Under the pieces are notes generated by a model. That model was given only the letters and a program-made list of their open reading frames with translations, did no database searches and was not told the origin of the DNA. From Clostridiales bacterium (GTDB lineage Bacteria > Bacillota > Clostridia > Christensenellales > Borkfalkiaceae), in NCBI GenBank assembly GCA_022508265.1, contig JAFLVP010000003.1:39500-103499 (forward strand): a DNA stretch of 64,000 bases, written 5' to 3'. Every line of letters begins with the position of its first letter. Positions within the stretch are counted from its first letter, which is position 1. Positions 44,629-54,206 of this stretch are shown here, one piece after another. Position numbers and translations under genes: made by a program.

Positions 44629-46020
44629 TTATTTGAGGAAGCCCTTATACGTCTTCATCATAAGCTGCGATTCAAGCTGTTTGTCAAGCTCGAGCGCAAC
44701 GGATACGACGATGAGAATACCCGTCGTGGAGAATACCGACAAGAGGGTAAGATTGCTCTGACCGAGACTTGCGAGTACTATCGAGAGTATCGAGGGAATA
44801 AACGCTACGAGCGAGAGATAAATCGCACCAAAGAGCGTAATTCTGTTGGAAATCTTTTTGAGGTGGTCGGACGTGGGCTTGCCGGGTCTTATACCCTGAA
44901 TAAAGCCGCCGTTCTGCTGAATTGTCTTGGAGACGTCCTCGGGGTTGAACTGCATCGACTGATAGAAGAACGAGAAAGCAAATATAAGTAAGCAAAGCGT
45001 TACCATATATATGAGCTGACCGTACCATTGAGGCGACGAGCCCGAGAACCAGATAGTGATATTCTTTGCAGCGTCCGTATTGGGCCAGAAGAGGCTGATA
45101 AGGAGCTGCGGGAAGGAAATGAGGGCGAACGCGAAGATTAAAGGCATGACGCCCGAGCCCGAAATCTTGATGGGGATTACGGACGACTGACCGCCGTACA
45201 TCTTTCTGCCCTTTACCTGCTTTGCGTACTGAACGGGAATCTTTCTCTCGGACAAATCTACCGTTACGATTGCGGCAAATTCGACAACCGTCAAAAGCAC
45301 GAAGCCGAGAACCTCCCACAAAACGGAGGGATTTGCCTTTCCAGCATAGTCGCCCCAGCCGAATGCTTCGGTAAATCTGTCGACGATGGTAAGTCCCGCG
45401 GTGGAGATAATACCGACGAAGATTATGAGCGAAATACCGTTGGATACGCCGTATTCGGTTATTCTTTCGCCGAGCCACATAACGAGCATCGCACCTGCCG
45501 TATAGACTACGGTGAGGAATATACCCGCCATAACTTTAGCTCCCGTTTCGGAAACTACCGAGAGCTCTGTATTCTGTGAAAAATAGCCAAAGAAATTGAG
45601 GTTGAGCGCGTTGCTGTTTATACCGAAGTTGATGATTATACCTATTGCCTGCGCAATTGCAAGGGCAATAGTCACAAAGCGCGTTATCTGCGCTATTTTC
45701 TTTCTGCCGTCTTCGCCTTCCTTTGACAGCCTTTCAAGGGCGGGAATTCCAACCGTTAAAAGCTGGATAATAATCGACGCATTGATATACGGGCTTATGC
45801 CGAGCGCAAACAGCGTTGCACTTGCAAGCGAACCACCCGTTATGGACGAGAGAACGCCCAAAAACTCGTTGCCTTCGATTACGCTCTTAAATTCCGATAC
45901 CTTGATACCGGGGACGGGAATATAACAGCCGAGTCTGAAAATAAGAAGCAGTATAAGCGTTAAAAATATCTTCTTTCTTATTTCTTTGACTTTAAAACAG
46001 TTTTTAATTGTTTCAAACAT
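44629..46020 (-). CDS. secY: Preprotein translocase subunit SecY
   Basis: 463 aa, 10 TM helices, typical SecY sequence. Positioned between rplO and adk. Confidence 0.97.
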   Translation of the reverse strand: MFETIKNCFKVKEIRKKIFLTLILLLIFRLGCYIPVPGIKVSEFKSVIEGNEFLGVLSSITGGSLASATLFALGISPYINASIIIQLLTVGIPALERLSKEGEDGRKKIAQITRFVTIALAIAQAIGIIINFGINSNALNLNFFGYFSQNTELSVVSETGAKVMAGIFLTVVYTAGAMLVMWLGERITEYGVSNGISLIIFVGIISTAGLTIVDRFTEAFGWGDYAGKANPSVLWEVLGFVLLTVVEFAAIVTVDLSERKIPVQYAKQVKGRKMYGGQSSVIPIKISGSGVMPLIFAFALISFPQLLISLFWPNTDAAKNITIWFSGSSPQWYGQLIYMVTLCLLIFAFSFFYQSMQFNPEDVSKTIQQNGGFIQGIRPGKPTSDHLKKISNRITLFGAIYLSLVAFIPSILSIVLASLGQSNLTLLSVFSTTGILIVVSVALELDKQLESQLMMKTYKGFLK

Positions 46021-46060
46021 TTTAAACCTCTTTCAAGGGGATTTAACCTTGAAGCTTTAA

Positions 46061-46176
46061 TCAGTTAAGATACGAGCAAGACAAGGCGTGCGAGGAAAAC
46101 CCGAGGGAGTTTACTATAACGTAAATGACCGAGAGTTGCCACAGCACAACGCAGTATTGCGAAGTATATTAGCTGA
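46061..46176 (+). repeat. Family-2 long imperfect palindromic element (rplO-secY spacer)
   Basis: TCAGTTAAGATACGAGCAAGAC...CCGAGGGAGTTTAC-TATAAC-GTAAATGACCGAG...GTATTGCGAAGTATATTAGCTGA. The 3' arm overlaps the last two codons and the stop of rplO. Confidence 0.85.
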
Positions 46177-46618
46177 TTACCTCGCAAGTGCCGCCCGCTT
46201 TCTCGATAGCCTCTTTTGCGCTTGCCGAGAATTTTGCGGCTTTTACAGTGAGAGCAACCTCTAATTTGCCCGTGCCGAGCACTTTGAGCCCTGCCGAGTC
46301 CTTAACTTCCTTTGCAAGGTTGTGGCTTGCAACGTATTCGAAGTCAATTACCGTGCCTGCCTTTTCGTTTGCAAGCTGGCTGAGATTAACTATAGTGTAG
46401 TGCGTAGCCCATTTATTGTGGAAACCGCGTTTGGGGATACGTCTTGCAAGAGGCATCTGACCGCCTTCGAAGCCGGGACGAACGCCGCCGCCCGAACGCG
46501 CCCACTGACCCTTGTGACCCTTACCGGAAGTCTTGCCGAGTCCCGAGCCTATACCTCTGCCGAGTCTTTTAACGCTGTGTCTTGCGCCCTCTGCGGGCGA
46601 TAAAGTATCTATTCTCAT
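46169..46618 (-). CDS. rplO: 50S ribosomal protein L15
   Basis: 149 aa. [19 protein letters not shown]. Confidence 0.97.
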   Translation of the reverse strand: MRIDTLSPAEGARHSVKRLGRGIGSGLGKTSGKGHKGQWARSGGGVRPGFEGGQMPLARRIPKRGFHNKWATHYTIVNLSQLANEKAGTVIDFEYVASHNLAKEVKDSAGLKVLGTGKLEVALTVKAAKFSASAKEAIEKAGGTCEVIS

Positions 46619-46627
46619 AAATTCACC

Positions 46628-46801
46628 TTAAACCTTTTCGACAAGCACAAGATGGGCAACCTTTTTAATCTGCCCCAAATTTGCGGGAGTTTCCTCCAAA
46701 GTCTTTGATTGACGGATTTTTTTAAGCCCCAATGCGGCGATTGTGTCCTTTATGGACTTAATCTGACCGTTTGTGCTTTTAATTAAAGTAACTTTAACCA
46801 T
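46628..46801 (-). CDS. rpmD: 50S ribosomal protein L30 (57 aa, below the ORF-track cut-off)
   Basis: Own translation: MVKVTLIKSTNGQIKSIKDTIAALGLKKIRQSKTLEETPANLGQIKKVAHLVLVEKV. Between rpsE and rplO. Confidence 0.92.
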   Translation of the reverse strand: MVKVTLIKSTNGQIKSIKDTIAALGLKKIRQSKTLEETPANLGQIKKVAHLVLVEKV

Positions 46802-46813
46802 TTCAATTCTCCA

Positions 46814-47347
46814 TTATGCTTTGAGTTCGTCAACACTCTTGCCGCGAGCCGCCGCAACCTCTTCGGGCGATTTAAGCTCGTAGAGTCCGCAGACTGCCGC
46901 CTTTACGCAGTTAATAGGGTTGGAAGTGCCGTGCGACTTGGTTCTTACGTCCTTTACGCCCGCTGCTTCCATAACCGCACGCACGGGACCGCCCGCGATA
47001 ACGCCGGTACCTTCGGAGGCAGGCATCATAAGCACCGAGCCTCTGCCGAAAACGCCGAGTACGGAGTGGGGAATAGAAGTGCCGGCAAGCGCCACCTTCT
47101 TCATATTTTTTTTAGCCTGAGCGTTTGCCTTTTCGATAGCCTCGGGAACTTCCTTGCTCTTTGCCATACCGTAGCCAACGTTGCCCTTGCCGTCGCCGAC
47201 GACAACAAGCGCCGCAAAGCGCATATTTCTACCGCCTTTAACGGTCTTGGAAACCCTGTTTACCTGTATAAGTTTTTTGATTAAGCCGTCGTCTTCCTGC
47301 CTTCTTCTGTTATCTCTTCTTGCAGGTCTTTCTTTCTTTTCTTCCAT
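46814..47347 (-). CDS. rpsE: 30S ribosomal protein S5
   Basis: ORF trimmed to the ATG at 47347, preceded by AAGGAG plus 6 nt. [12 protein letters not shown] motif. Confidence 0.96.
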   Translation of the reverse strand: MEEKKERPARRDNRRRQEDDGLIKKLIQVNRVSKTVKGGRNMRFAALVVVGDGKGNVGYGMAKSKEVPEAIEKANAQAKKNMKKVALAGTSIPHSVLGVFGRGSVLMMPASEGTGVIAGGPVRAVMEAAGVKDVRTKSHGTSNPINCVKAAVCGLYELKSPEEVAAARGKSVDELKA

Positions 47348-47357
47348 ATCAAACTCC

Positions 47358-47726
47358 TTAGAAATCAAGTCCGGCTTCTCTTGCGCCGTCTGCCAATGCC
47401 TGAACGCGTCCCGTGTAGAGGTAGCCGCCTCTGTCGAACACGACCTGCTTTATGCCGAGTTTAGTTGCCTTTTCCGCAACGCACTTTCCGACGACCTTGG
47501 CTGCGTCGGTCTTGTTGAGACCTGCAACCTTGCTCTTTACGTCCTTTTCCATTGTGGAAGCCGAGCAAAGGGTCACGCCCTTGGTATCGTCGATAACTTG
47601 CGCATAAATATGGTTAAGAGACCTGTAAACGCTGAGTCTGGGCGTTTCAGCCGTTCCGCTGACCTTTTTGCGGACACGCAGATGTCTTCTTAAACGTTCC
47701 TTGTTCTTATCAATTTTAGTAATCAT
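47358..47726 (-). CDS. rplR: 50S ribosomal protein L18
   Basis: ORF trimmed to [21 protein letters not shown], preceded by an AGGAGA RBS. Confidence 0.96.
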   Translation of the reverse strand: MITKIDKNKERLRRHLRVRKKVSGTAETPRLSVYRSLNHIYAQVIDDTKGVTLCSASTMEKDVKSKVAGLNKTDAAKVVGKCVAEKATKLGIKQVVFDRGGYLYTGRVQALADGAREAGLDF

Positions 47727-47773
47727 AATATCTCCTATGGACAAGTTAACCAAACAAGTGGTTAATCCTTCGG

Positions 47774-47888
47774 GTTATCAGTCGCGCGCAAGACAAGGCG
47801 AGTGAGCATTTTTTTGAGGGAGCGTACACAGAAGTACGCGACCGAAAAAAAGCGGAACTCAACGCTGTATTGTGCGATGAATGATAAC
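47774..47888 (+). repeat. Family-2 long imperfect palindromic element (rplF-rplR spacer)
   Basis: GTTATCAGTCGCGCGCAAGAC...CATTTTTTTGAGGGAGCGTAC-ACAGAA-GTACGCGACCGAAAAAAAG...GTATTGTGCGATGAATGATAAC. Confidence 0.85.
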
Positions 47889-47894
47889 ACGAAA

Positions 47895-48443
47895 TTATTT
47901 CTTGCCTTTGCCTCCCGTCTTACCTTCCTTACGCTCGATTACTTCGTCGCTGTACGCAATGCCGTAACCGTGGTAAGGTTCGGGAATTCTGATGTTTCTG
48001 ATATCGGCTGCCGTCTGTCCGACAAGAATTTTGTCTATGCCGGATACGGTAATTTCGTTTGCGGTAGGGCATTCAAGCTTGATACCCTGCGGTTCAACGA
48101 AATCTACGGGGTGCGAATAGCCTACGTTGAGAACAATTTTGTTGCCCTGCTTTGCGACCTTCCAGCCGACGCCGTTGACTTTGAGCGTCTTCTTGTAGCC
48201 GTCGGTAACGCCGACAACCATATTGTGAAGAAGTGCGCGGTAAAGTCCGTGTTTAGCGTTTGCATCGGGAGTTTGGGAAGTTTTTTCAACGATAGCTTCC
48301 GTACCCTCTACCTTGATGTTGATGTCGCCGACAACTGTCTGGGTAAGCGTGCCCTTGCTGCCCTTTACGGTCAAAAGTCCGTTTTCAAAGGTAACGGTTA
48401 CGCCTGCGGGTAAAGCTACGGGTAATTTTCCTATTCTTGACAT
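47895..48443 (-). CDS. rplF: 50S ribosomal protein L6
   Basis: 182 aa. MSRIGKLPVALPAGVTV... Confidence 0.97.
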   Translation of the reverse strand: MSRIGKLPVALPAGVTVTFENGLLTVKGSKGTLTQTVVGDINIKVEGTEAIVEKTSQTPDANAKHGLYRALLHNMVVGVTDGYKKTLKVNGVGWKVAKQGNKIVLNVGYSHPVDFVEPQGIKLECPTANEITVSGIDKILVGQTAADIRNIRIPEPYHGYGIAYSDEVIERKEGKTGGKGKK

Positions 48444-48457
48444 ATTTAATTACCTCC

Positions 48458-48850
48458 TTACCAGATGTAGCACAGCACTTCGCCGCCTACGTTCTGCGCC
48501 TTTGCCTGCTTGCCCGTCATAATGCCCTTGTTGGTGGAAAGAATGGCAATGCCGAGTCCGTCCATAACCTTGGGCATAGTGTCCACGTCCGAATAGACGC
48601 GAAGTCCGGGACGGGAAACTCTTTTAAGTCCGTTTATAACGGGCTTTTTCTTGCCTGCGTACTTGAGGGTTATAACGATTTTGCCGTTATAGCCGTCTTC
48701 TTCGTAATCAGCTCCGGAAATATAGCCCTCGTTAAGCATAATATCCGCAATCGCCTTTTTCATATTGGATGAGGGAATCTCAACCTTTTCTTTATTAGCT
48801 GCAAGCGCGTTTCTTACGCGTGTGAGCATATCTGCAATAGGATCTGTCAT
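48458..48850 (-). CDS. rpsH: 30S ribosomal protein S8
   Basis: 130 aa. [15 protein letters not shown]... Confidence 0.97.
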   Translation of the reverse strand: MTDPIADMLTRVRNALAANKEKVEIPSSNMKKAIADIMLNEGYISGADYEEDGYNGKIVITLKYAGKKKPVINGLKRVSRPGLRVYSDVDTMPKVMDGLGIAILSTNKGIMTGKQAKAQNVGGEVLCYIW

Positions 48851-48866
48851 ATTTTCGCTCCTCCTC

Positions 48867-49052
48867 TTACCAACTCGATTTCTTCACGCCGGGAATCTGT
48901 CCCTTGTAAGCGAGGTTTCTGAAACATATACGGCATACTCCGTACTTGCGCAAAACCGCGTGAGGTCTTCCGCAAATGGAGCACCTTGTGTATGCTCTCG
49001 TCGAGTATTTAGCAGGTCTCTGCTGTTTATTTATCATTGATTTCTTTGCCAT
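48867..49052 (-). CDS. rpsN: 30S ribosomal protein S14, type Z (zinc-binding, 61 aa)
   Basis: [20 protein letters not shown], a CxxC...CxxC motif. Confidence 0.96.
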   Translation of the reverse strand: MAKKSMINKQQRPAKYSTRAYTRCSICGRPHAVLRKYGVCRICFRNLAYKGQIPGVKKSSW

Positions 49053-49061
49053 AAAAACTCC

Positions 49062-49712
49062 TTACTTCTTGAAGGGCATACCCATCGCCCTCAAAAGCTC
49101 TCTCGCTTCTTCATCGCTCTTTGCCGTGGTTACGAAACAGATGTCCATACCCCTTATCTTCTCTACCTGATCGTATTGAATTTCGGGGAACATAAGCTGT
49201 TCCTTAACGCCCGTGCAGTAGTTGCCCTTGCCGTCGAAGCTCTCTGCGGATACGCCGCGGAAGTCGCGAACTCTGGGAAGTGCAATAGAAATGAACTTAT
49301 CGAAGAAATCGTACATCATCTTGCCGCGGAGAGTTACCTTTAATCCGATAATCATACCTTCACGAACCTTGAAGTTTGCAACCGACTTCTTTGCCTTGCA
49401 GGTTACGGGCTGCTGTCCCGTAATGAGCTTCATTTCGCTTTGAGCCATCTGAATTGATTTTGCGTTGTCCTTGATATCGCCGAGTCCCGAGCTTACTACG
49501 ATTTTAACAAGCTTGGGAACCTGCATAACGTTTTTATAGCCGAATTTAGCGGTGAGTGCGGGAACGACTTCCTTTTCGTACTGTTCCTGAACTCTTGAAA
49601 CGTATTTCTTTTCAGCCGCAGGCGCCTTTTTGGCGGTTTTGGGTGCAGCTGCTTTTACTGTCTTTTCTTCTTTTACTTCGGCGTTTTCAGCCGCTGTCTT
49701 TTTAGTAGCCAA
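49062..49712 (-). CDS. rplE: 50S ribosomal protein L5 with a ~36-aa Lys/Ala-rich N-terminal extension
   Basis: 216 aa. TTG start at 49712 sits 7 nt after AAGGAGG and 12 nt after the rplX stop. The L5 core begins around [17 protein letters not shown]. Confidence 0.93.
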   Translation of the reverse strand: MATKKTAAENAEVKEEKTVKAAAPKTAKKAPAAEKKYVSRVQEQYEKEVVPALTAKFGYKNVMQVPKLVKIVVSSGLGDIKDNAKSIQMAQSEMKLITGQQPVTCKAKKSVANFKVREGMIIGLKVTLRGKMMYDFFDKFISIALPRVRDFRGVSAESFDGKGNYCTGVKEQLMFPEIQYDQVEKIRGMDICFVTTAKSDEEARELLRAMGMPFKK

Positions 49713-49723
49713 CTCGCACCTCC

Positions 49724-50149
49724 TTATTCAGCGTCGCCGCCCGTCGTTTCGGGGGTTTCTTCGTCTTTCTTCGCGCGTTTTCTTACACGCTTCTTGGGAG
49801 CTTCTTCCTTCTTGGCAGCAGCCTTCTTGCCCGCGTATGCCTTGTCGAGCACTGCGCCGCATTTGCCGCACACTCTGTGCTTTTTATCGCCTTCTACGGA
49901 ATACTTAACTCTTATTGCTTTGCCGCACGCGTCGCAAACTACCATTACGTTGGATACGTCCAGGGGAGCGGCGATTTCGACGATTTCGGAAATTTCGTTT
50001 GCCTTTCTTGCCTTCTTCGCCTTCTTGTGAATATTCACGCCCTCGACCGTAACCGTGCCTTTCTTGGGAGAGGTGGCAACTACCTTGCCCTGCTTGCCCG
50101 CATACTTACCTGTGATAACTAAAACGTTGTCGTTTAATTTTACGTTCAT
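49724..50149 (-). CDS. rplX: 50S ribosomal protein L24 with a CxxC...CxxC motif and a ~35-aa Lys-rich/acidic C-terminal tail
   Basis: 141 aa. KOW N-terminus ([17 protein letters not shown]), [10 protein letters not shown]...[10 protein letters not shown]. Confidence 0.95.
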   Translation of the reverse strand: MNVKLNDNVLVITGKYAGKQGKVVATSPKKGTVTVEGVNIHKKAKKARKANEISEIVEIAAPLDVSNVMVVCDACGKAIRVKYSVEGDKKHRVCGKCGAVLDKAYAGKKAAAKKEEAPKKRVRKRAKKDEETPETTGGDAE

Positions 50150-50165
50150 AGCACTTCTCCTTTAA

Positions 50166-50534
50166 TTACAGCACTTCGGGAGCGAGCGAGATAATCTTCA
50201 TATAGTTCTTCTCACGAAGCTCCCTTGCAATCGGTCCGAAAATACGCGTACCGCGAGGTTCTTTGTTGGTGTTTATTATTACTGCGGCATTGTCGTCGAA
50301 ACGGATATAAGTACCGTCGTCGCGTCTGATGCCCTTGGAACTGCGCACGATAACCGCCTTTACCACTTCGCCCTTTTTAACGGCGCCGCCGGGGGTTGCC
50401 GTTTTAACCGAGCAGACGATTACGTCACCGATGTTCGCCGTCTTTCTGAACGAGCCACCGAGTACTTTTATGCACATAAGTTCCTTTGCGCCGCTGTTGT
50501 CTGCGGCTTTAAGTCTTGTTTGAGGTTGTATCAT
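50166..50534 (-). CDS. rplN: 50S ribosomal protein L14
   Basis: 122 aa. [27 protein letters not shown]. Confidence 0.97.
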   Translation of the reverse strand: MIQPQTRLKAADNSGAKELMCIKVLGGSFRKTANIGDVIVCSVKTATPGGAVKKGEVVKAVIVRSSKGIRRDDGTYIRFDDNAAVIINTNKEPRGTRIFGPIARELREKNYMKIISLAPEVL

Positions 50535-50692
50535 AAAAACTCTCCTATTTTTGAACTTACAACTGTGTGCAGAGGATTATCTTACAGACACATAAGTGAA
50601 GTTGAGCGCCCCACTCTCCTTTGCCTGTGAATGACAATCATACATTATTTTATTATATCTTGCTCTCCCGCAATCGCGGGAGTCTGTCTAAA

Positions 50693-50807
50693 ATTCAGAG
50701 ATACGAGTTAGGCGAGGCGCACGAGCACCGACCGCAGGGAGTTTACATTGAGGTAAATGACCAAGGCGGCGCGGAGTGCAACAAAGCATAACGACGTATA
50801 TATGAAT
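50693..50807 (+). repeat. Family-2 long imperfect palindromic element (rpsQ-rplN spacer)
   Basis: ATTCAGAGATACGAGTTAGGC...CCGCAGGGAGTTTAC-ATTGAG-GTAAATGACCAAGGCGG...GCATAACGACGTATATATGAAT. Ends 1-2 nt before the rpsQ stop codon. Confidence 0.85.
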
Positions 50808-50808
50808 T

Positions 50809-51066
50809 TTACTTTGCTTTTTCAATTATTTCGGCAACGCGCCAATTCTTATCCTTTGAAAGCTTGCGCGTTTCCACTATTCTGACCTTATCGCCCTCGC
50901 CGCACTCGTTGTTCTCGTCGTGCGCCTTGAAGCGGGTCGTTCTTAAAATGGTCTTTTTATAGAGGGGGTGCTTGCGGTTATCTCTGACCGCAACGACTAC
51001 CGTCTTGTCCATCTTGCTGGATACGACAATGCCCACTCTTTCTTTCCTTAAAGATGTTCTTTCCAT
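50809..51066 (-). CDS. rpsQ: 30S ribosomal protein S17
   Basis: ORF trimmed to the ATG at 51066 ([16 protein letters not shown]...), 8 nt after AAGGAG. Confidence 0.96.
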   Translation of the reverse strand: MERTSLRKERVGIVVSSKMDKTVVVAVRDNRKHPLYKKTILRTTRFKAHDENNECGEGDKVRIVETRKLSKDKNWRVAEIIEKAK

Positions 51067-51078
51067 ATTTAGCACTCC

Positions 51079-51273
51079 TTACGCCTTTAACTGCCTTGCA
51101 CGGATGACCGTATTCACTCTTGCGATGTCCTTTTTAACGAGGTTTATTGCAAGGGGGTTTTCAAGTTGGCCGCTTGCGTGACGGAAGCGCAGTTTAAACA
51201 GTTCGCTTTTGAGCTCCTGAAGTCTGTTGTTAAGCTCTTCGTCACTCAAATTTACTATCTCTTTAATTTTCAT
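51079..51273 (-). CDS. rpmC: 50S ribosomal protein L29
   Basis: ORF trimmed to the ATG at 51273 ([22 protein letters not shown]...). Confidence 0.95.
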   Translation of the reverse strand: MKIKEIVNLSDEELNNRLQELKSELFKLRFRHASGQLENPLAINLVKKDIARVNTVIRARQLKA

Positions 51274-51703
51274 TAGCGTCACCGCCTTCTTCTACAATCT
51301 CTTTCTTGATGAACTTGCATTTTACGGGGAGCTTGTGGCTTGCAAGACGCATTGCCTCGCGAGCGATATCCTCCGCAACGCCAGCCATTTCGAACATAAC
51401 CCTGCCGGGTTTAACGATAGCTACCCAATACTCGACTGCGCCCTTACCTGAACCCATACGGGACTCGGCGGGGTGCTTCGTGATGGGCTTGTGGGGGAAG
51501 ATATCTATCCAGACCTTACCGCCACGCTTGATAAATCTCGTCATTGCAATACGGGCTGCCTCTATCTGGTTGGAAGTAATTCTTCCGCCCTCCTCGGCAA
51601 CGAGTCCGTACTCGCCGTATGCAACGGTATTGCCCTTTTGAGCTCTGCCGCGAATCTTGCCGCGGTGCTGTCTTCTTCTTTTAACTCTCTTGGGAATTAA
51701 CAT
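51263..51703 (-). CDS. rplP: 50S ribosomal protein L16
   Basis: 146 aa. [16 protein letters not shown]... Confidence 0.97.
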   Translation of the reverse strand: MLIPKRVKRRRQHRGKIRGRAQKGNTVAYGEYGLVAEEGGRITSNQIEAARIAMTRFIKRGGKVWIDIFPHKPITKHPAESRMGSGKGAVEYWVAIVKPGRVMFEMAGVAEDIAREAMRLASHKLPVKCKFIKKEIVEEGGDANEN

Positions 51704-52374
51704 TACTCTTCGCCTCCCTCGGATATCATAAGGCGTTTTGCCGTTTCAAGCACTTCACCCTTGTATATCCAGCATTTGATGCCGAGTACACCGAAGGTCG
51801 TATGCGCCTCTGCAAAGCCGTAGTCGATGTCGGCGCGGATTGTCTGAAGAGGAATAGAACCCTCGTGGTAGCTTTCGCTGCCCGCTATTTCTCTGCCGTC
51901 AAGTCTGCCGCCTACGGTTATCTTAACGCCCTTTACGCCCGTCTTTGCAACCTTTGCAATCTGCTGCTTTACCGCTCTTCTGTAAGAAACGCGCTTTTCA
52001 AGCTGGGCTGCAACCGCCTCCGCAACGAGCTGTGCGTCCTGGTCGATTTTCTCGACCTTTTTAACGTTGATTATTATTACTTTACCCTTCGTGAGCTTTG
52101 CAAGCTGCTTTTTGATAACCTCAATCTCGGAGCCCGCCTTGCCGATGAGCACGCCGGGTCTGCCCGTGTAGATGCCGATTTCAATCTTGTTTGCCGCTCT
52201 GATGATGGTAATTTTGCTTATCGCCGCGTCGTAATACTTGGTTTTGAGGAATTTGCGGATATCGCTGTCCTCTTTGATAAATGCGGAGAAATTCTTTTTA
52301 TCCGCATACCACTGAGTGTCCCATGCGGAAATTATGCCGACTCTTAAACCGTGAGGATTAACTTTTTGTCCCAT
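51703..52374 (-). CDS. rpsC: 30S ribosomal protein S3
   Basis: ORF trimmed to the ATG at 52374 ([13 protein letters not shown]...). Confidence 0.97.
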   Translation of the reverse strand: MGQKVNPHGLRVGIISAWDTQWYADKKNFSAFIKEDSDIRKFLKTKYYDAAISKITIIRAANKIEIGIYTGRPGVLIGKAGSEIEVIKKQLAKLTKGKVIIINVKKVEKIDQDAQLVAEAVAAQLEKRVSYRRAVKQQIAKVAKTGVKGVKITVGGRLDGREIAGSESYHEGSIPLQTIRADIDYGFAEAHTTFGVLGIKCWIYKGEVLETAKRLMISEGGEE

Positions 52375-52387
52375 ATTCTCTCTCTCC

Positions 52388-52777
52388 TTAAATCTTCTTC
52401 GCGTCAAGTATGACGGTGACGTGGCTCGTTCTCTTTAAAATTGCGTGTCCGCGACCCTTGGATACGGGTTGCATCCTCTTTAAGTGGGGACCGCCGTCCG
52501 CAAAGGCTTCGGAAACGAACAAATCGCTTCTGTCCATGCCCTTGTTGTGCTCTGCATTGGCAACGGCGGACATGAGAACCTTTTTAACTTCCAGACTTCC
52601 GCCCTTGGTGCAATAGTTCAGAATTGCCTCTGCCTCCTCCACGCTCTTGCCGCGGATTAAAGCGAGCACCGTTCTTATCTTGTAGGGCGAAATTCTTATA
52701 TGCTTTGCCGTTGCGTAAGGACGTGTATCCTTATTTGCGGCAATTCTTTCAACCTTTTTATTCATATTGCTTGCCAT
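52388..52777 (-). CDS. rplV: 50S ribosomal protein L22 (about 15-20 aa N-terminal extension)
   Basis: 129 aa. ...AKHIRISPYKIRTVLALIRGKS. AAGGAG lies 9 nt upstream of the ATG at 52777. Confidence 0.95.
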   Translation of the reverse strand: MASNMNKKVERIAANKDTRPYATAKHIRISPYKIRTVLALIRGKSVEEAEAILNYCTKGGSLEVKKVLMSAVANAEHNKGMDRSDLFVSEAFADGGPHLKRMQPVSKGRGHAILKRTSHVTVILDAKKI

Positions 52778-52790
52778 AGTACACTACTCC

Positions 52791-53063
52791 TTACTTCTTG
52801 GCGGTCTTTGCCGCGTGACCTTTGAACGTTCTCGTAGGAGCAAACTCGCCGAGTTTGCAGCCTACCATATCTTCGGTAACGTATACGGGAACGTGCTTTC
52901 TGCCGTCGTAAACCGCAATCGTATGACCAACCATCTGGGGGAATATAGTCGTTGCGCGCGACCATGTTTTAACTACTTTCTTCTCGCCGCTTGCGTTCAT
53001 AGCTTCTATTCTCGATAAAAGTCTTTCTTCGGCGTAAGGTCCTTTTTTAACGCTTCTTGACAC
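52791..53063 (-). CDS. rpsS: 30S ribosomal protein S19
   Basis: 90 aa. [10 protein letters not shown]... Confidence 0.97.
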   Translation of the reverse strand: MSRSVKKGPYAEERLLSRIEAMNASGEKKVVKTWSRATTIFPQMVGHTIAVYDGRKHVPVYVTEDMVGCKLGEFAPTRTFKGHAAKTAKK

Positions 53064-53076
53064 AGTCTATTCCTCC

Positions 53077-53904
53077 TTAATTGATTCTCTTTAAGATAAA
53101 CTTGGAAGAAGGATTCTTCTTCTTTCTGGTCTTGTAGCCGAGAGCAGGCTTGCCCCAAGGGGTCATAGGACCTGCATGTCCGACAGGGCTCTTACCTTCA
53201 CCACCGCCGTGAGGGTGATCGTTGGGGTTCATAACCGAACCGCGGACCGTGGGACGGACGCCGAAGTGTCTCGTCTTGCCGGCTTTACCCACACGGATAA
53301 TTTCGTGTTCGAGGTTGCCTACCTGACCGATAGTTGCCTTGCATTTAACGGGAATGAGCCTCATTTCGCCGGAGGGCATCTTTATTGTTGCGTAAGCGCC
53401 TTCCTTTGCCATGATTTGAGCGGAGATGCCCGCAGACCTTGCAATCTGCGCGCCTCTGCCCGGCTGCATCTCTATTGCGTGAACGACAGTACCTACGGGA
53501 ATGTCCGAAAGGCAGAGTGCGTTTCCGCTCTTGATATCAGCGCCGCTGCCCGATAAAACCTTGTCGCCGACGCTCAAGCCTACGGGAGCGAGAATGTATC
53601 TCTTTTCGCCGTCTGCATACGCAAGGAGCGCGATGTGCGCCGAACGGTTGGGGTCGTACTGAATGGACTTAACCGTTGCGGGAATACCGTCTTTGTTGCG
53701 CTTGAAATCAATTATTCTGTACTTTATTCTGTTGCCGCCGCCAATGTGGCGTACCGTGATTTTACCCTGATTGTTTCTGCCGCCCGTCTTGCGCTTGTCG
53801 TGCAATAAGCTTCTTTCGGGTTTGTCGCCCGTCAGCTCGGTGTACGCGCTTACAGTCATAAATCTGCGCGCGGGCGAGGTGGGTTTGTACCTTTTAATCG
53901 CCAT
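53077..53904 (-). CDS. rplB: 50S ribosomal protein L2
   Basis: 275 aa. [14 protein letters not shown]..., GGGEG motif. Confidence 0.97.
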   Translation of the reverse strand: MAIKRYKPTSPARRFMTVSAYTELTGDKPERSLLHDKRKTGGRNNQGKITVRHIGGGNRIKYRIIDFKRNKDGIPATVKSIQYDPNRSAHIALLAYADGEKRYILAPVGLSVGDKVLSGSGADIKSGNALCLSDIPVGTVVHAIEMQPGRGAQIARSAGISAQIMAKEGAYATIKMPSGEMRLIPVKCKATIGQVGNLEHEIIRVGKAGKTRHFGVRPTVRGSVMNPNDHPHGGGEGKSPVGHAGPMTPWGKPALGYKTRKKKNPSSKFILKRIN

Positions 53905-53915
53905 TTTCAGCCTCC

Positions 53916-54206
53916 TTACGATAACGAGTTGAAGTCCTCAATCGCCTTGGAGTCAGCTTTTAACTGGACGACTGCCTTCTTATAGTCGGGAGTGTATCCC
54001 TCGTATTTACCCATTCTCTTCTTTTTGCCCTTGCAGTTTACGGTGTTTACGCTTTCAACGCTAACGCCCCAAATCTTTTCAACGGCATTTTTAATCTGTG
54101 TTTTGTTAGCCGATTTCTTTACTACGAAAGTGTACTTTTTATCGGCAATTCCGTCATAACCTTTTTCCGTGAGGAGAGGTTTAATTATAATATCTTCGGC
54201 AAACAT
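53916..54206 (-). CDS. rplW: 50S ribosomal protein L23
   Basis: 96 aa. [10 protein letters not shown]... Confidence 0.96.
   Translation of the reverse strand: MFAEDIIIKPLLTEKGYDGIADKKYTFVVKKSANKTQIKNAVEKIWGVSVESVNTVNCKGKKKRMGKYEGYTPDYKKAVVQLKADSKAIEDFNSLS

Noticed and set aside
44684-45478. 264-codon minus-strand ORF in an alternative frame of secY
   Set aside because: It is Arg-rich frame-shifted sequence within secY. The SecY frame is unambiguous.
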